Shown here in pieces: positions 18,197 to 25,511 of a stretch of 25,511 nucleotides of DNA. The position numbers and the translations under genes are program-made. Numbering within the stretch: position 1 is the first letter of the stretch; each line of letters starts with the position of its first letter. Below the pieces are notes generated by a model, which saw only the letters and a program-made list of their open reading frames with translations, searched no databases and had not been told where the DNA came from. Source of the stretch: Candidatus Krumholzibacteriia bacterium (lineage in GTDB: Bacteria; Krumholzibacteriota; Krumholzibacteriia; LZORAL124-64-63); assembly GCA_036351155.1 (NCBI GenBank), contig JAZBOO010000016.1:1-25511 (forward strand). Reading direction: 5' to 3'.

Positions 18197-20674
18197 CTAC
18201 TTCAAGAGCACCATCTTGTGCTGCGTCACCTGATCACCGCTGACCAGCCGCGCGAAGTAAAGGCCGCTTCCGGCGCGACGACCGGTGCCGTCCAGTCCAT
18301 CCCAGATCACGCTGTGGGGACCGGCGGAAAGTTCCTCGCTGAGCAGGGTGCGCACCAGGCGGCCCTGCACGTCGAAGACCTGCAAGGTGGTCGCCCCGCC
18401 GCGCTCGAGGGTGAAGGCCACCCGGGTCAGGGGGTTGAACGGGTTGGGGTAGTTCCCCAGTTCCAGGCGGTAGCCGGGCGTCTCACCGGATGCCGAGGTG
18501 GCCCCCGTCACCAGACCCCAGATTTCCAGGTCGTCGATGTTCCACCCGCTGTACTGCCAGCTACTGTCGGTGGATCCCATGACCCAGCGCAGATACACCG
18601 TTTCCTGGCCATCAGCCACGTCGCTGATGTCGTATTCCACCTGGTTCCAGGCGTCATCCTCGATCCCCGCCGAGTTGGTCCAGATCTCGGTGAAATCGAC
18701 CCCGTTGCTGCTCACCTCGAACGAGGCGTGGTCGTACTGCGGCTGCTCCACGTTGAGGTAACGCCAGAAGCGGACGGTGGTGCCCACCAGCTGAGAACAA
18801 TCGAAGGCCGTGCTGGTCAGGTAGGTCTGGTCCAGGTAGGCGGGATAGTCGCCATCCAGGTTGTACCCGTACACGTTGCTGCCGGTGTAACCCGCGGTGG
18901 GATCAGGGTTGCCATGGTCGCCACCCTGGCCGGTGGGGGTGCCGTAGGCCCAGTCGCCCTCGGTGGACCAGCCAGGATTGGTGGTCAGATCTTCAGAGTA
19001 CACCAGGGAAGGCAGCCCCACCTGCAGGCTGATGTCCCTGGTCGCATCCCCGTCACCGTCGGTCAGATTGAAGAAGCTCACGGTTCCCGGATAGCCCCCG
19101 TTGGGCAACGAGCTGGCGCTGGCGTTGATCGACAGGGTGACCGCGGCGTCCTGCCCCGGCGCCAGGGAGCCCGTGCCGTTCTGCACATCCACCCAGACCG
19201 GACCGGTCACCGAGTAACTCAGGTACGCATCCCCGTTGTTTCCCACGGTGTAGGTCACCGAGGCGGGAGTGAACGGGCCGCCCGCATTGCCCTGGGCCGC
19301 AAAATTCTCATTGGAGACCGACATGCCCGAGGCGTTCGGGTCGAAGGTGTCCAGGGTCACGGCGCCGGAGTTCAAGGGATCCAGCCATTGATCCAGGCTG
19401 GACCAGCTGACCGAAAGCTTGCCGTACCAGTCGCTGCTGTTGTTGCCGCAGGCCGCGTAGCCGCCATGCAGCTGCCCCACGATCCGGTGGGCGGAATCGT
19501 ACAGGGGCGAGCCGGAGCTGCCGGGCTCGGTGGTCCCCAGGTCCCAGTCGATCACCCGGATGTGGCTGCCGTCACCGGGAACGGAATTGTTCAGATAGCT
19601 GGTGGTCGTGGTGGCGTCGTATTCGAAGCTGATGCTCTTCTCGTCGGTGCTGGGGTGATGGATGGCAATGGCCTCGGCCAGGTCGGCTCCCGAACGGTCC
19701 CAGCCCGAGAAGGTCACGCCCCAGGCGGGATCCAGAGGATCGTTGATCTCGACCAGGCAGAAATCGCTCGTGGCCCCGCTGGCCAGGTAGGTGACACCGC
19801 TGCTGAACTGGTCCAGCGATCCGCCGCTCAGCTGGCCGCACACCGGGCTCTGGAAGTTCCAGTAGATCACCACGCCCTGGTCGTTGCTGGTCGAAACATC
19901 GCAGTGGTTGGCGGTCAGGAAATACGGGGTCTGATCCTCGGCCGTGTTGTTGATCACCGCACCGGTGCAGTACCAGGTGCCGTTGATGGTGTACACGCCC
20001 ACCGAGTTGATCTCGCTCCACCAGGGGTCGCCCTCGGGACAGACCACGTCGATGTTGCAGCTGCCCTGCTTGTCCGCTTCCTCACCCAGGAACCGGAAAC
20101 CGCGGTTGATCTGGGTCAACTCCAGCGAGTAGTCCTGGCGCGATTCCGCCGGGACCACCAGTTCCAGAATCACGTCATCGCTGACCACCACCGGAGTCCA
20201 CAGTTCCCCGTGGGGGCGATTGTCCCGCTCGGTGAACACCCGGACGCCGCGGGCGTCAACCGGGGTAGACAGGTCCGCCGGATAAATGGTGAGGCGCGCC
20301 CCCTTGGGCAGGGCAAAGTCGGTGAACCCGAAGTTCAGGGACAGGGCGCCCGGAGCGTTGACTCTCAATTGCCACAGGTCATACCGGTCATCCAGTGCGG
20401 TCCAGGCACCGTCGGTGTCCGGCGTGATGAACACCGGGCTGGGGTCGGCAAACCGCGGAGCCTCGCCCGGAGAATCTTCCGTGCGTAAGGCATGGATGTC
20501 GACCGTGCCGGCATCCAGCAACGGGACACTGACGGCCGCTTTCGCCGGCAGCGCGAGGGCCACGGGACCTTCGATGGCCTGAGGGTTCAGTGACCCGGCC
20601 GCCAAGGCCAGCCCGGGCAACAGGAGAAGGGCCACGGAAACCAGAACCAGAAAACGTGAGTGTGCGAACATCAT
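18197..20674 (-). CDS. secreted S1 serine protease (lysyl endopeptidase/Achromobacter protease I-like) with BACON-like and jelly-roll accessory domains and C-terminal FlgD-Ig/T9SS-like domain
   Basis: Start at ATG 20674 with AGGAG, signal peptide and propeptide. Motifs CNIDVVC, YFLTANHC (His), SDFCL (Asp), IHHP and GTTEPGSSGSPLY (Ser). C-terminus reads YPNPFNP...HKMVLLK. Confidence 0.88.
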   Translation of the reverse strand: MMFAHSRFLVLVSVALLLLPGLALAAGSLNPQAIEGPVALALPAKAAVSVPLLDAGTVDIHALRTEDSPGEAPRFADPSPVFITPDTDGAWTALDDRYDLWQLRVNAPGALSLNFGFTDFALPKGARLTIYPADLSTPVDARGVRVFTERDNRPHGELWTPVVVSDDVILELVVPAESRQDYSLELTQINRGFRFLGEEADKQGSCNIDVVCPEGDPWWSEINSVGVYTINGTWYCTGAVINNTAEDQTPYFLTANHCDVSTSNDQGVVIYWNFQSPVCGQLSGGSLDQFSSGVTYLASGATSDFCLVEINDPLDPAWGVTFSGWDRSGADLAEAIAIHHPSTDEKSISFEYDATTTTSYLNNSVPGDGSHIRVIDWDLGTTEPGSSGSPLYDSAHRIVGQLHGGYAACGNNSSDWYGKLSVSWSSLDQWLDPLNSGAVTLDTFDPNASGMSVSNENFAAQGNAGGPFTPASVTYTVGNNGDAYLSYSVTGPVWVDVQNGTGSLAPGQDAAVTLSINASASSLPNGGYPGTVSFFNLTDGDGDATRDISLQVGLPSLVYSEDLTTNPGWSTEGDWAYGTPTGQGGDHGNPDPTAGYTGSNVYGYNLDGDYPAYLDQTYLTSTAFDCSQLVGTTVRFWRYLNVEQPQYDHASFEVSSNGVDFTEIWTNSAGIEDDAWNQVEYDISDVADGQETVYLRWVMGSTDSSWQYSGWNIDDLEIWGLVTGATSASGETPGYRLELGNYPNPFNPLTRVAFTLERGGATTLQVFDVQGRLVRTLLSEELSAGPHSVIWDGLDGTGRRAGSGLYFARLVSGDQVTQHKMVLLK

Positions 20675-20749
20675 GCAGACTCCTAGGCAGGGGAGGCGAA
20701 CCAGAGAACAATGGGAGGGGATTTCCCGCCCAGCCATTTGCGTACCTTT

Positions 20750-20778
20750 ATTGTAAGGTATATGAGAACTGGCGACAA
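20750..20778 (-). promoter_or_regulatory. sigma70 promoter of the protease gene, flanked by two inverted repeats
   Basis: TTGTCG (20778-20773), 17-nt spacer, TACAAT (20755-20750), with an AT-rich upstream region. Confidence 0.65.
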
Positions 20779-20998
20779 TGTTTTTGTTAAAACATAACAA
20801 CATAAAACTTTTTATAAGATATTTATTGGCAAACAATTATTATTTGACCGTGAGGGTTCTTGCATTTTCCCTTCTTTTTCCGACAAAAATCGCCCCTATC
20901 CAGGATTATGAAAATGACAACCCGTTTCCCTCAAGTCCCCTGGCCCCTGGCCGACACCCTGGGAAATGATCCCCATTGCTTGAATGAAGGAGAAAACG

Positions 20999-21733
20999 GT
21001 GAAGTACCTGGTGATGGCTTTTTGTCTGGCGACCGTGCTGCTGCCGGTGGCGTCCCCTGCCCAGCTGGTGGTTTTTGACTATTCCCACAACCCGGCCGGG
21101 AGCAACATCTATGACACCTTCCAGGCCCAGCTGACCAGCTGGGGTTACACCGTTGTGGAACGCCAGACCCCGCTGATGGACAACAGCGATGCCGCAGTGA
21201 TCGTGATCCTGCCCATGTTCAGCTACCTCAGGAACAACGAGGCTTACACGGTTGAGGAAGCCACCTGGCTGAAAAACTTCGTCGATGGCGGCGGTGGGCT
21301 ATTCGTGGCCGCGTGCACTTATTCCGGGGATCAGGCCTGCATCATCGACCTGCTGGCCCCCTTCGGCATCACCCAGACGGCCGAGGCCATCGCACCACCT
21401 TATTACGACCAGTTCAACCACTTCGAACTGTTCTACGGAGTCTCGGCCCTGGGCCACCTTTACGGCAATGCCCCCGCCATTGAAGTGGCCGCACCCAGCA
21501 CAGCTGTGGCGGGTAATGGCACCTTCACCGTGGTGGCCACCTACCAGGGTCCGCACCCTGCTGGAGGCAGTGGCGGCGCCCTCATCACCGGGGATAACGA
21601 AATGCTGGGGCCATTGAACTTGCCCGGGGAAGACAATTTAAGGTTCCTGGAGAACGCCTTTTCCTGGCTGACTTACGGGATAGTGGCCGAGGAACCGATC
21701 AGTCTGGGTGGTGTCAAGGCGCTGTTCCGATAA
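20999..21733 (+). CDS. secreted hypothetical protein (possible GATase-like/DUF4350-like alpha/beta domain) with C-terminal tail VAEEPISLGGVKALFR
   Basis: AAGGAG RBS, GTG start and signal peptide. VVFDYSH, EEATWLKNFVDGGGGLF, ITGD and DNLRFLENAFSWL resemble class I glutamine amidotransferase-like folds. Confidence 0.8.
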   Translation: MKYLVMAFCLATVLLPVASPAQLVVFDYSHNPAGSNIYDTFQAQLTSWGYTVVERQTPLMDNSDAAVIVILPMFSYLRNNEAYTVEEATWLKNFVDGGGGLFVAACTYSGDQACIIDLLAPFGITQTAEAIAPPYYDQFNHFELFYGVSALGHLYGNAPAIEVAAPSTAVAGNGTFTVVATYQGPHPAGGSGGALITGDNEMLGPLNLPGEDNLRFLENAFSWLTYGIVAEEPISLGGVKALFR

Positions 21734-21756
21734 CCCCTGGCTGCTCGCCCCAAAAA

Positions 21757-21804
21757 GACACCCCCCACCGGACCATTCTGCATGAATGCCCGGAGGGGGG
21801 TGTT
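21757..21804. terminator. long hairpin between convergent genes, probable bidirectional terminator
   Basis: GACACCCCCC-A-CCGG..CATTC-TGCAT-GAATG..CCGG-A-GGGGGGTGTT, with A5 on the left and T/A-rich sequence on the right. Confidence 0.7.
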
Positions 21805-21843
21805 CTATTATAATCAACTTCTACGACAGGTACCCGCCGCCAA

Positions 21844-24111
21844 TCACATCCCCGACTTGATCTTGTTCAAGGCACTGCCCGCCTTGAACCAGGAGATCTG
21901 CTCGTCGGTCATGGTGTGATCCACCGCGAAGGTGTCCCGGCTGCCGTCGGCATGCTTCAGCACCACCTGCAGCTGCCCGTCCGGGGTCAGATCGGCCAGA
22001 CCGGTGATGGAAATCCGGTCATCCTCTTGAATCTTGCCGTAGTCCACCGGATCGGCGAAGGTCAGCGGCAGGATGCCCTGCTTCTTCAGGTTGGTCTCGT
22101 GAATCCGGGCAAAGCTGCGCACGATCACCGCGGCACAGCCCAGATGACGGGGCTCCATGGCCGCGTGCTCGCGGCTGCTGCCCTCGCCGTAGTTCTCGTC
22201 ACCAACGATCACCCAGCGCAACCCATCGGCCTTGTAGCTGCGGGCCACAGCGGGCACCTCGCCGTACTCGCCGGTGGTCTGGTTCTTCACGCTGTTGGTC
22301 TTCTCGGTGAAGGCATTCACCGCGCCGATCAGCATGTTGTTGCTGATGTTGTCCAGATGCCCACGGTACTTCAGCCAGGGACCGGCCATGCTGATGTGAT
22401 CGGTGGTGCACTTGCCCAGGGCCTTGATCAAAAGGGGCAGATCGGTGTAGTCCTTGCCGTCCCACACGCTGAAAGGTTCCAGCAGGGCCAGCCGCTCGCT
22501 GTCGGGGCTGACAACCACCTCCACCGACTTGCCGTCCGCCGCCGGCGCCTGGTAACCCGTCTCGTCGAACACGAAGCCATCCCTGGGCAGCTCGTCGGCC
22601 ACCGCTGGTGCCTTTAGCATGACCTGCTCGCCCTTGTCGTTGGTCAGGGCGTCGGTCAACGGGTTGAACTTCAGCGTCCCGGCCAGACCATAGGCCATCA
22701 CCACTTCAGGGCTGCTGATGAAGGCGTTGGTGTCGGGGTTGCCGTCGTTGCGCTTGGCGAAGTTGCGGTTGAACGAGGTGATGATGGTGTTGGCCTCGCC
22801 CTTCTTGAAATCGTCCCGCTGCCACTGGCCGATGCAGGGTCCGCAGGCATTGGTCAGCACCACCGCGCCCACCTCTTCCAGCACGTCCAGCATGCCGTCA
22901 CGCCGTATGGTTTCGTACACCTGATCGCTGCCCGGGGTGATCCACAGGGTGGTCTGCATTTTCAGGCCATGAGCCTGGGCCTGGCGCGCCACATCGGCCG
23001 CGCGTCCGATGTCCTCGTAGCTGCTGTTGGTGCAGCTGCCGATCAGGGCGGCAGAGATCTTCTCGGGGTAGCCATTGATCCTGGTGTCCTCGGCCATCTG
23101 GCCCACCGGACGCGCCAGGTCCGGCGTGTGCGGGCCCACCACATGCGGTTCCAGGGTGGACAGATCGATCTCCACGATGCGGTCGTAAAACTTCTCGGGA
23201 TGAGCCAGCACTTCGGGATCGGCCTTCAGCAGGTCCACGTTCTGCTCGGCCAGTTCGGCCAGGTCCCCGCGTCGGGTGGCCTTGAGGTAGCGGCCCATCG
23301 AGGCGTCGTAAGGGAAGATGCTGGTGGTGGCCCCCAGCTCGGCGCCCATGTTGGTGATGGTGGCCTTGCCGGTGCAACTCAGCGCCTCGGTGCCTTCACC
23401 GAAGTACTCGACGATGGCGTTGGTCCCGCCCTTGACCGTCAAGATACTGCACAGCTTCAAGATGACGTCCTTGGGGGCGGTCCAGCCGTTGGGCTTGCCG
23501 GTCAGCTTCACACCGATCAGCTTGGGATGCTTGACCTCCCAGTTCATGCCCACCATGACGTCCACGGCGTCGGCCCCACCCACGCCACAGGCCACCATGC
23601 CCAGGCCGCCGGCGTTGGGCGTGTGGCTGTCGGTGCCGATGATCAAGCCGCCGGGAAACGCGTAGTTCTCCAGCACCACCTGATGAATGATGCCCGAGCC
23701 GGGCTTCCAGAATCCCATGCCGTACTTCGCGGCCGAGCTGCTGAGGAAATCGTAGACTTCCTTGTTCACGTCCAGCGCGTGCATCTTGTCGTAATCGGCC
23801 CCCTTGTGGGCCAGCAAAAGATGGTCACAGTGCACGGTGGTGGGCACGGCGGTTTCGTCGCGGCCCGCCTGCATGAACTGCAAGATGGCCATCTGCGCGG
23901 TGGCGTCCTGCATGGCCACGCGGTCGGGATTCAGACCCAGGGTGGCCTCGCCGCGCTCGAGTTCCTGCTTCTCGGGATCGGCCAGGTGACCGAACACGAC
24001 CTTCTCGGCCAGGGTCAGGGGACGGCCCAGACGCTTGCGCATGATCTCCAGATTGTGGTGTGATTTCTCGTAGACTTTGCGCACCATTTCGGCGGTGGTT
24101 TCGATGACCAT
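21844..24111 (-). CDS. aconitate hydratase, mitochondrial-like type
   Basis: [56 protein letters not shown] and [11 protein letters not shown]; 755 aa. Confidence 0.96.
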   Translation of the reverse strand: MVIETTAEMVRKVYEKSHHNLEIMRKRLGRPLTLAEKVVFGHLADPEKQELERGEATLGLNPDRVAMQDATAQMAILQFMQAGRDETAVPTTVHCDHLLLAHKGADYDKMHALDVNKEVYDFLSSSAAKYGMGFWKPGSGIIHQVVLENYAFPGGLIIGTDSHTPNAGGLGMVACGVGGADAVDVMVGMNWEVKHPKLIGVKLTGKPNGWTAPKDVILKLCSILTVKGGTNAIVEYFGEGTEALSCTGKATITNMGAELGATTSIFPYDASMGRYLKATRRGDLAELAEQNVDLLKADPEVLAHPEKFYDRIVEIDLSTLEPHVVGPHTPDLARPVGQMAEDTRINGYPEKISAALIGSCTNSSYEDIGRAADVARQAQAHGLKMQTTLWITPGSDQVYETIRRDGMLDVLEEVGAVVLTNACGPCIGQWQRDDFKKGEANTIITSFNRNFAKRNDGNPDTNAFISSPEVVMAYGLAGTLKFNPLTDALTNDKGEQVMLKAPAVADELPRDGFVFDETGYQAPAADGKSVEVVVSPDSERLALLEPFSVWDGKDYTDLPLLIKALGKCTTDHISMAGPWLKYRGHLDNISNNMLIGAVNAFTEKTNSVKNQTTGEYGEVPAVARSYKADGLRWVIVGDENYGEGSSREHAAMEPRHLGCAAVIVRSFARIHETNLKKQGILPLTFADPVDYGKIQEDDRISITGLADLTPDGQLQVVLKHADGSRDTFAVDHTMTDEQISWFKAGSALNKIKSGM

Positions 24112-24268
24112 GGCCCCATCCTTTCACAAGCTTCCCGGCAACGGACAGACAGACGACCGGGGCCGGCTGTCAGGCAGCCGAACCCGGAATTGTCAATTGA
24201 TTACGATACAATATAAGAGAAGCGGGGCGATTTTTCCCGCCTTTTGTGGGCTTTCCTGCGGATAATCT

Positions 24269-25426
24269 CTACTTGGCCAGCAAAAGCTTGCGCGTGTCGC
24301 TCACCCGAGCCCCCTGCAAGCGGCAAAAGTACGTGCCGCTGGCGACGGACCGCCCCTGATCGTCCCGCCCAAACCACTGCACATCAAACTCGCCGGCCGG
24401 CCGGGAACCATCGACCAGGGTGCGCACCAGCCTGCCCTGCAGGTCGTACACGCGCACCTGCACCGGCCCGGCCTCGGGCAACGCCAGGGAAATGGTGGTC
24501 ACGGGGTTGAAGGGGTTGGGGTAGATCTCTTCGATCCGCGCCGTGGCCAGAGCCACCGGCTGCATATCCTCGACCGGCGACATGACGCCCTGGAAGATCC
24601 AGCTCACCCACTCGGGATGGTCGATGAAGGGATTGCGGTTGCCCTGGTAGCTGTAGACCACATCGTTGCGCCGCATTTCGCGGTCGTCCACCGGATCTTC
24701 AAGGTGCCACTGAATCAATGTGCTCAGCAGGCCCATGTAGGCCGGACTGCTGCTGGTGGTCACGATGAGATTGGCGTTGTCGGTCAACACCAGGTCGGGC
24801 TCGTTGCTGTCGCCCTCGTAGCGCACGTCCATGTAGAACATGGCCCGGGCCACATCGCCGCGCCGACCGATCCAGGTTTCCCACACCGTTTCGCCGCTGG
24901 CGCTGCCCCGGTAGTTGCCCTGGCCAGTGCCGCCGGCCCCCTCGTTCACGTCGGTGGCATAGGTGGTGCAGCCGCTGTCGCAATCGTCGTAGATGTAGTT
25001 GCCCCGCGCGCTGTTATAGCTGACATCACACAGGAAAAGATGGTGGCAATCGGTATAGGGAACGGTGCCGCTGCTGGAGAACCCGTAGCTGTTGGGCCAG
25101 GAGTGCTCGCGATTATAGGGGCCGGTGCCGCCGCCGAACTTGGTGTACAGGCGGTTGCGGTACAGGTCCAGGATCTGGCTGGAGTTGACGGCGCTCTGGT
25201 CGGCGCTCTCCAGGATGTCCCAGGTGTCGGTGCTGCTGGATGTGTACGGATAGCGGGTGTGATCATCGATCAGGTTGTGCACCGAGGTCCGGGCCGTGGC
25301 CGGAGTGGTCAGGTCCACGCTGTTGTAGTAGGTGGGCGGCGCATCGGCCAGGGCCAGGGGGGCCAGGGATAAAAGGCTAGCCAGCAACACAAATATAACG
25401 GGGAAAACACTGGGGCGAACAGTCAC
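24269..25426 (-). CDS. secreted endonuclease I family nuclease (Bsn/EndA-like) with C-terminal FlgD-Ig/T9SS-like domain
   Basis: NREHSWPNS, TDCHHLF...NSARGN, RGDVARAMFYM, DPVDDREMRRN and QGNRNPFIDHPEW; C-terminus reads YPNPFNP...RKLLLAK. GTG start at 25426 chosen from GGAG 8 nt upstream (start uncertain). Confidence 0.9.
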   Translation of the reverse strand: MTVRPSVFPVIFVLLASLLSLAPLALADAPPTYYNSVDLTTPATARTSVHNLIDDHTRYPYTSSSTDTWDILESADQSAVNSSQILDLYRNRLYTKFGGGTGPYNREHSWPNSYGFSSSGTVPYTDCHHLFLCDVSYNSARGNYIYDDCDSGCTTYATDVNEGAGGTGQGNYRGSASGETVWETWIGRRGDVARAMFYMDVRYEGDSNEPDLVLTDNANLIVTTSSSPAYMGLLSTLIQWHLEDPVDDREMRRNDVVYSYQGNRNPFIDHPEWVSWIFQGVMSPVEDMQPVALATARIEEIYPNPFNPVTTISLALPEAGPVQVRVYDLQGRLVRTLVDGSRPAGEFDVQWFGRDDQGRSVASGTYFCRLQGARVSDTRKLLLAK

Positions 25427-25480
25427 GTTGGGCACTCCGTGGGTTCGAGACAACGGCAAGACCAAATGCGGCAATACTTA

Positions 25481-25509
25481 ATTATATTACAAAAAAAGAG
25501 TGAAATAAA
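25481..25509 (-). promoter_or_regulatory. putative sigma70 promoter of the nuclease gene
   Basis: Minus strand reads TTTATT-N17-TATAAT in AT-rich DNA. Confidence 0.55.
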
Positions 25510-25511
25510 GA

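Noticed and set aside
17387..20488. 1033-aa plus-strand ORF
   Set aside because: It is antisense to the SDR and protease genes and has a shadow-ORF composition.
20675..20836. 54-aa N-terminal extension of the protease ORF
   Set aside because: It runs through the AT-rich promoter region; the SD and signal peptide point to ATG 20674.
24189..24212. TCAATTGA palindrome and FNR-like TTGAT...TACAA upstream of aconitase
   Set aside because: The match is short and imperfect and cannot be assigned to a regulator.

Overview
A GC-rich bacterial chromosomal window with 22 supportable CDSs. No RNA genes, CRISPR arrays or mobile elements were recognised. It contains POT and AbgT transporters, a secreted Cys/Ala/Lys-rich protein, a redoxin plus DsbD-N-domain pair, and a nucleoside salvage locus (udk-hpt-guaB divergent from a NupC-type transporter). 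It also carries a thioesterase, an outer-membrane beta-barrel, TrmH and dGTPase genes, a PAS-GGDEF-EAL protein, an SDR and a mitochondrial-type aconitase. Five further exported proteins stand out. Three (a beta-propeller protein, a lysyl-endopeptidase-like protease and an endonuclease I) end in a YPNPFNP...FlgD-Ig/T9SS-like C-terminal domain. Two otherwise unrelated hypothetical proteins end in the same 16-residue tail, V-x2-E-x3-[FL]-G-x-[LV]-K-x2-[YF]-R-stop, a candidate uncharacterised sorting signal. These features suggest an FCB-group lineage such as Krumholzibacteriota/Latescibacterota; this is inference, not a search result. All functional calls come from motif recognition by eye.
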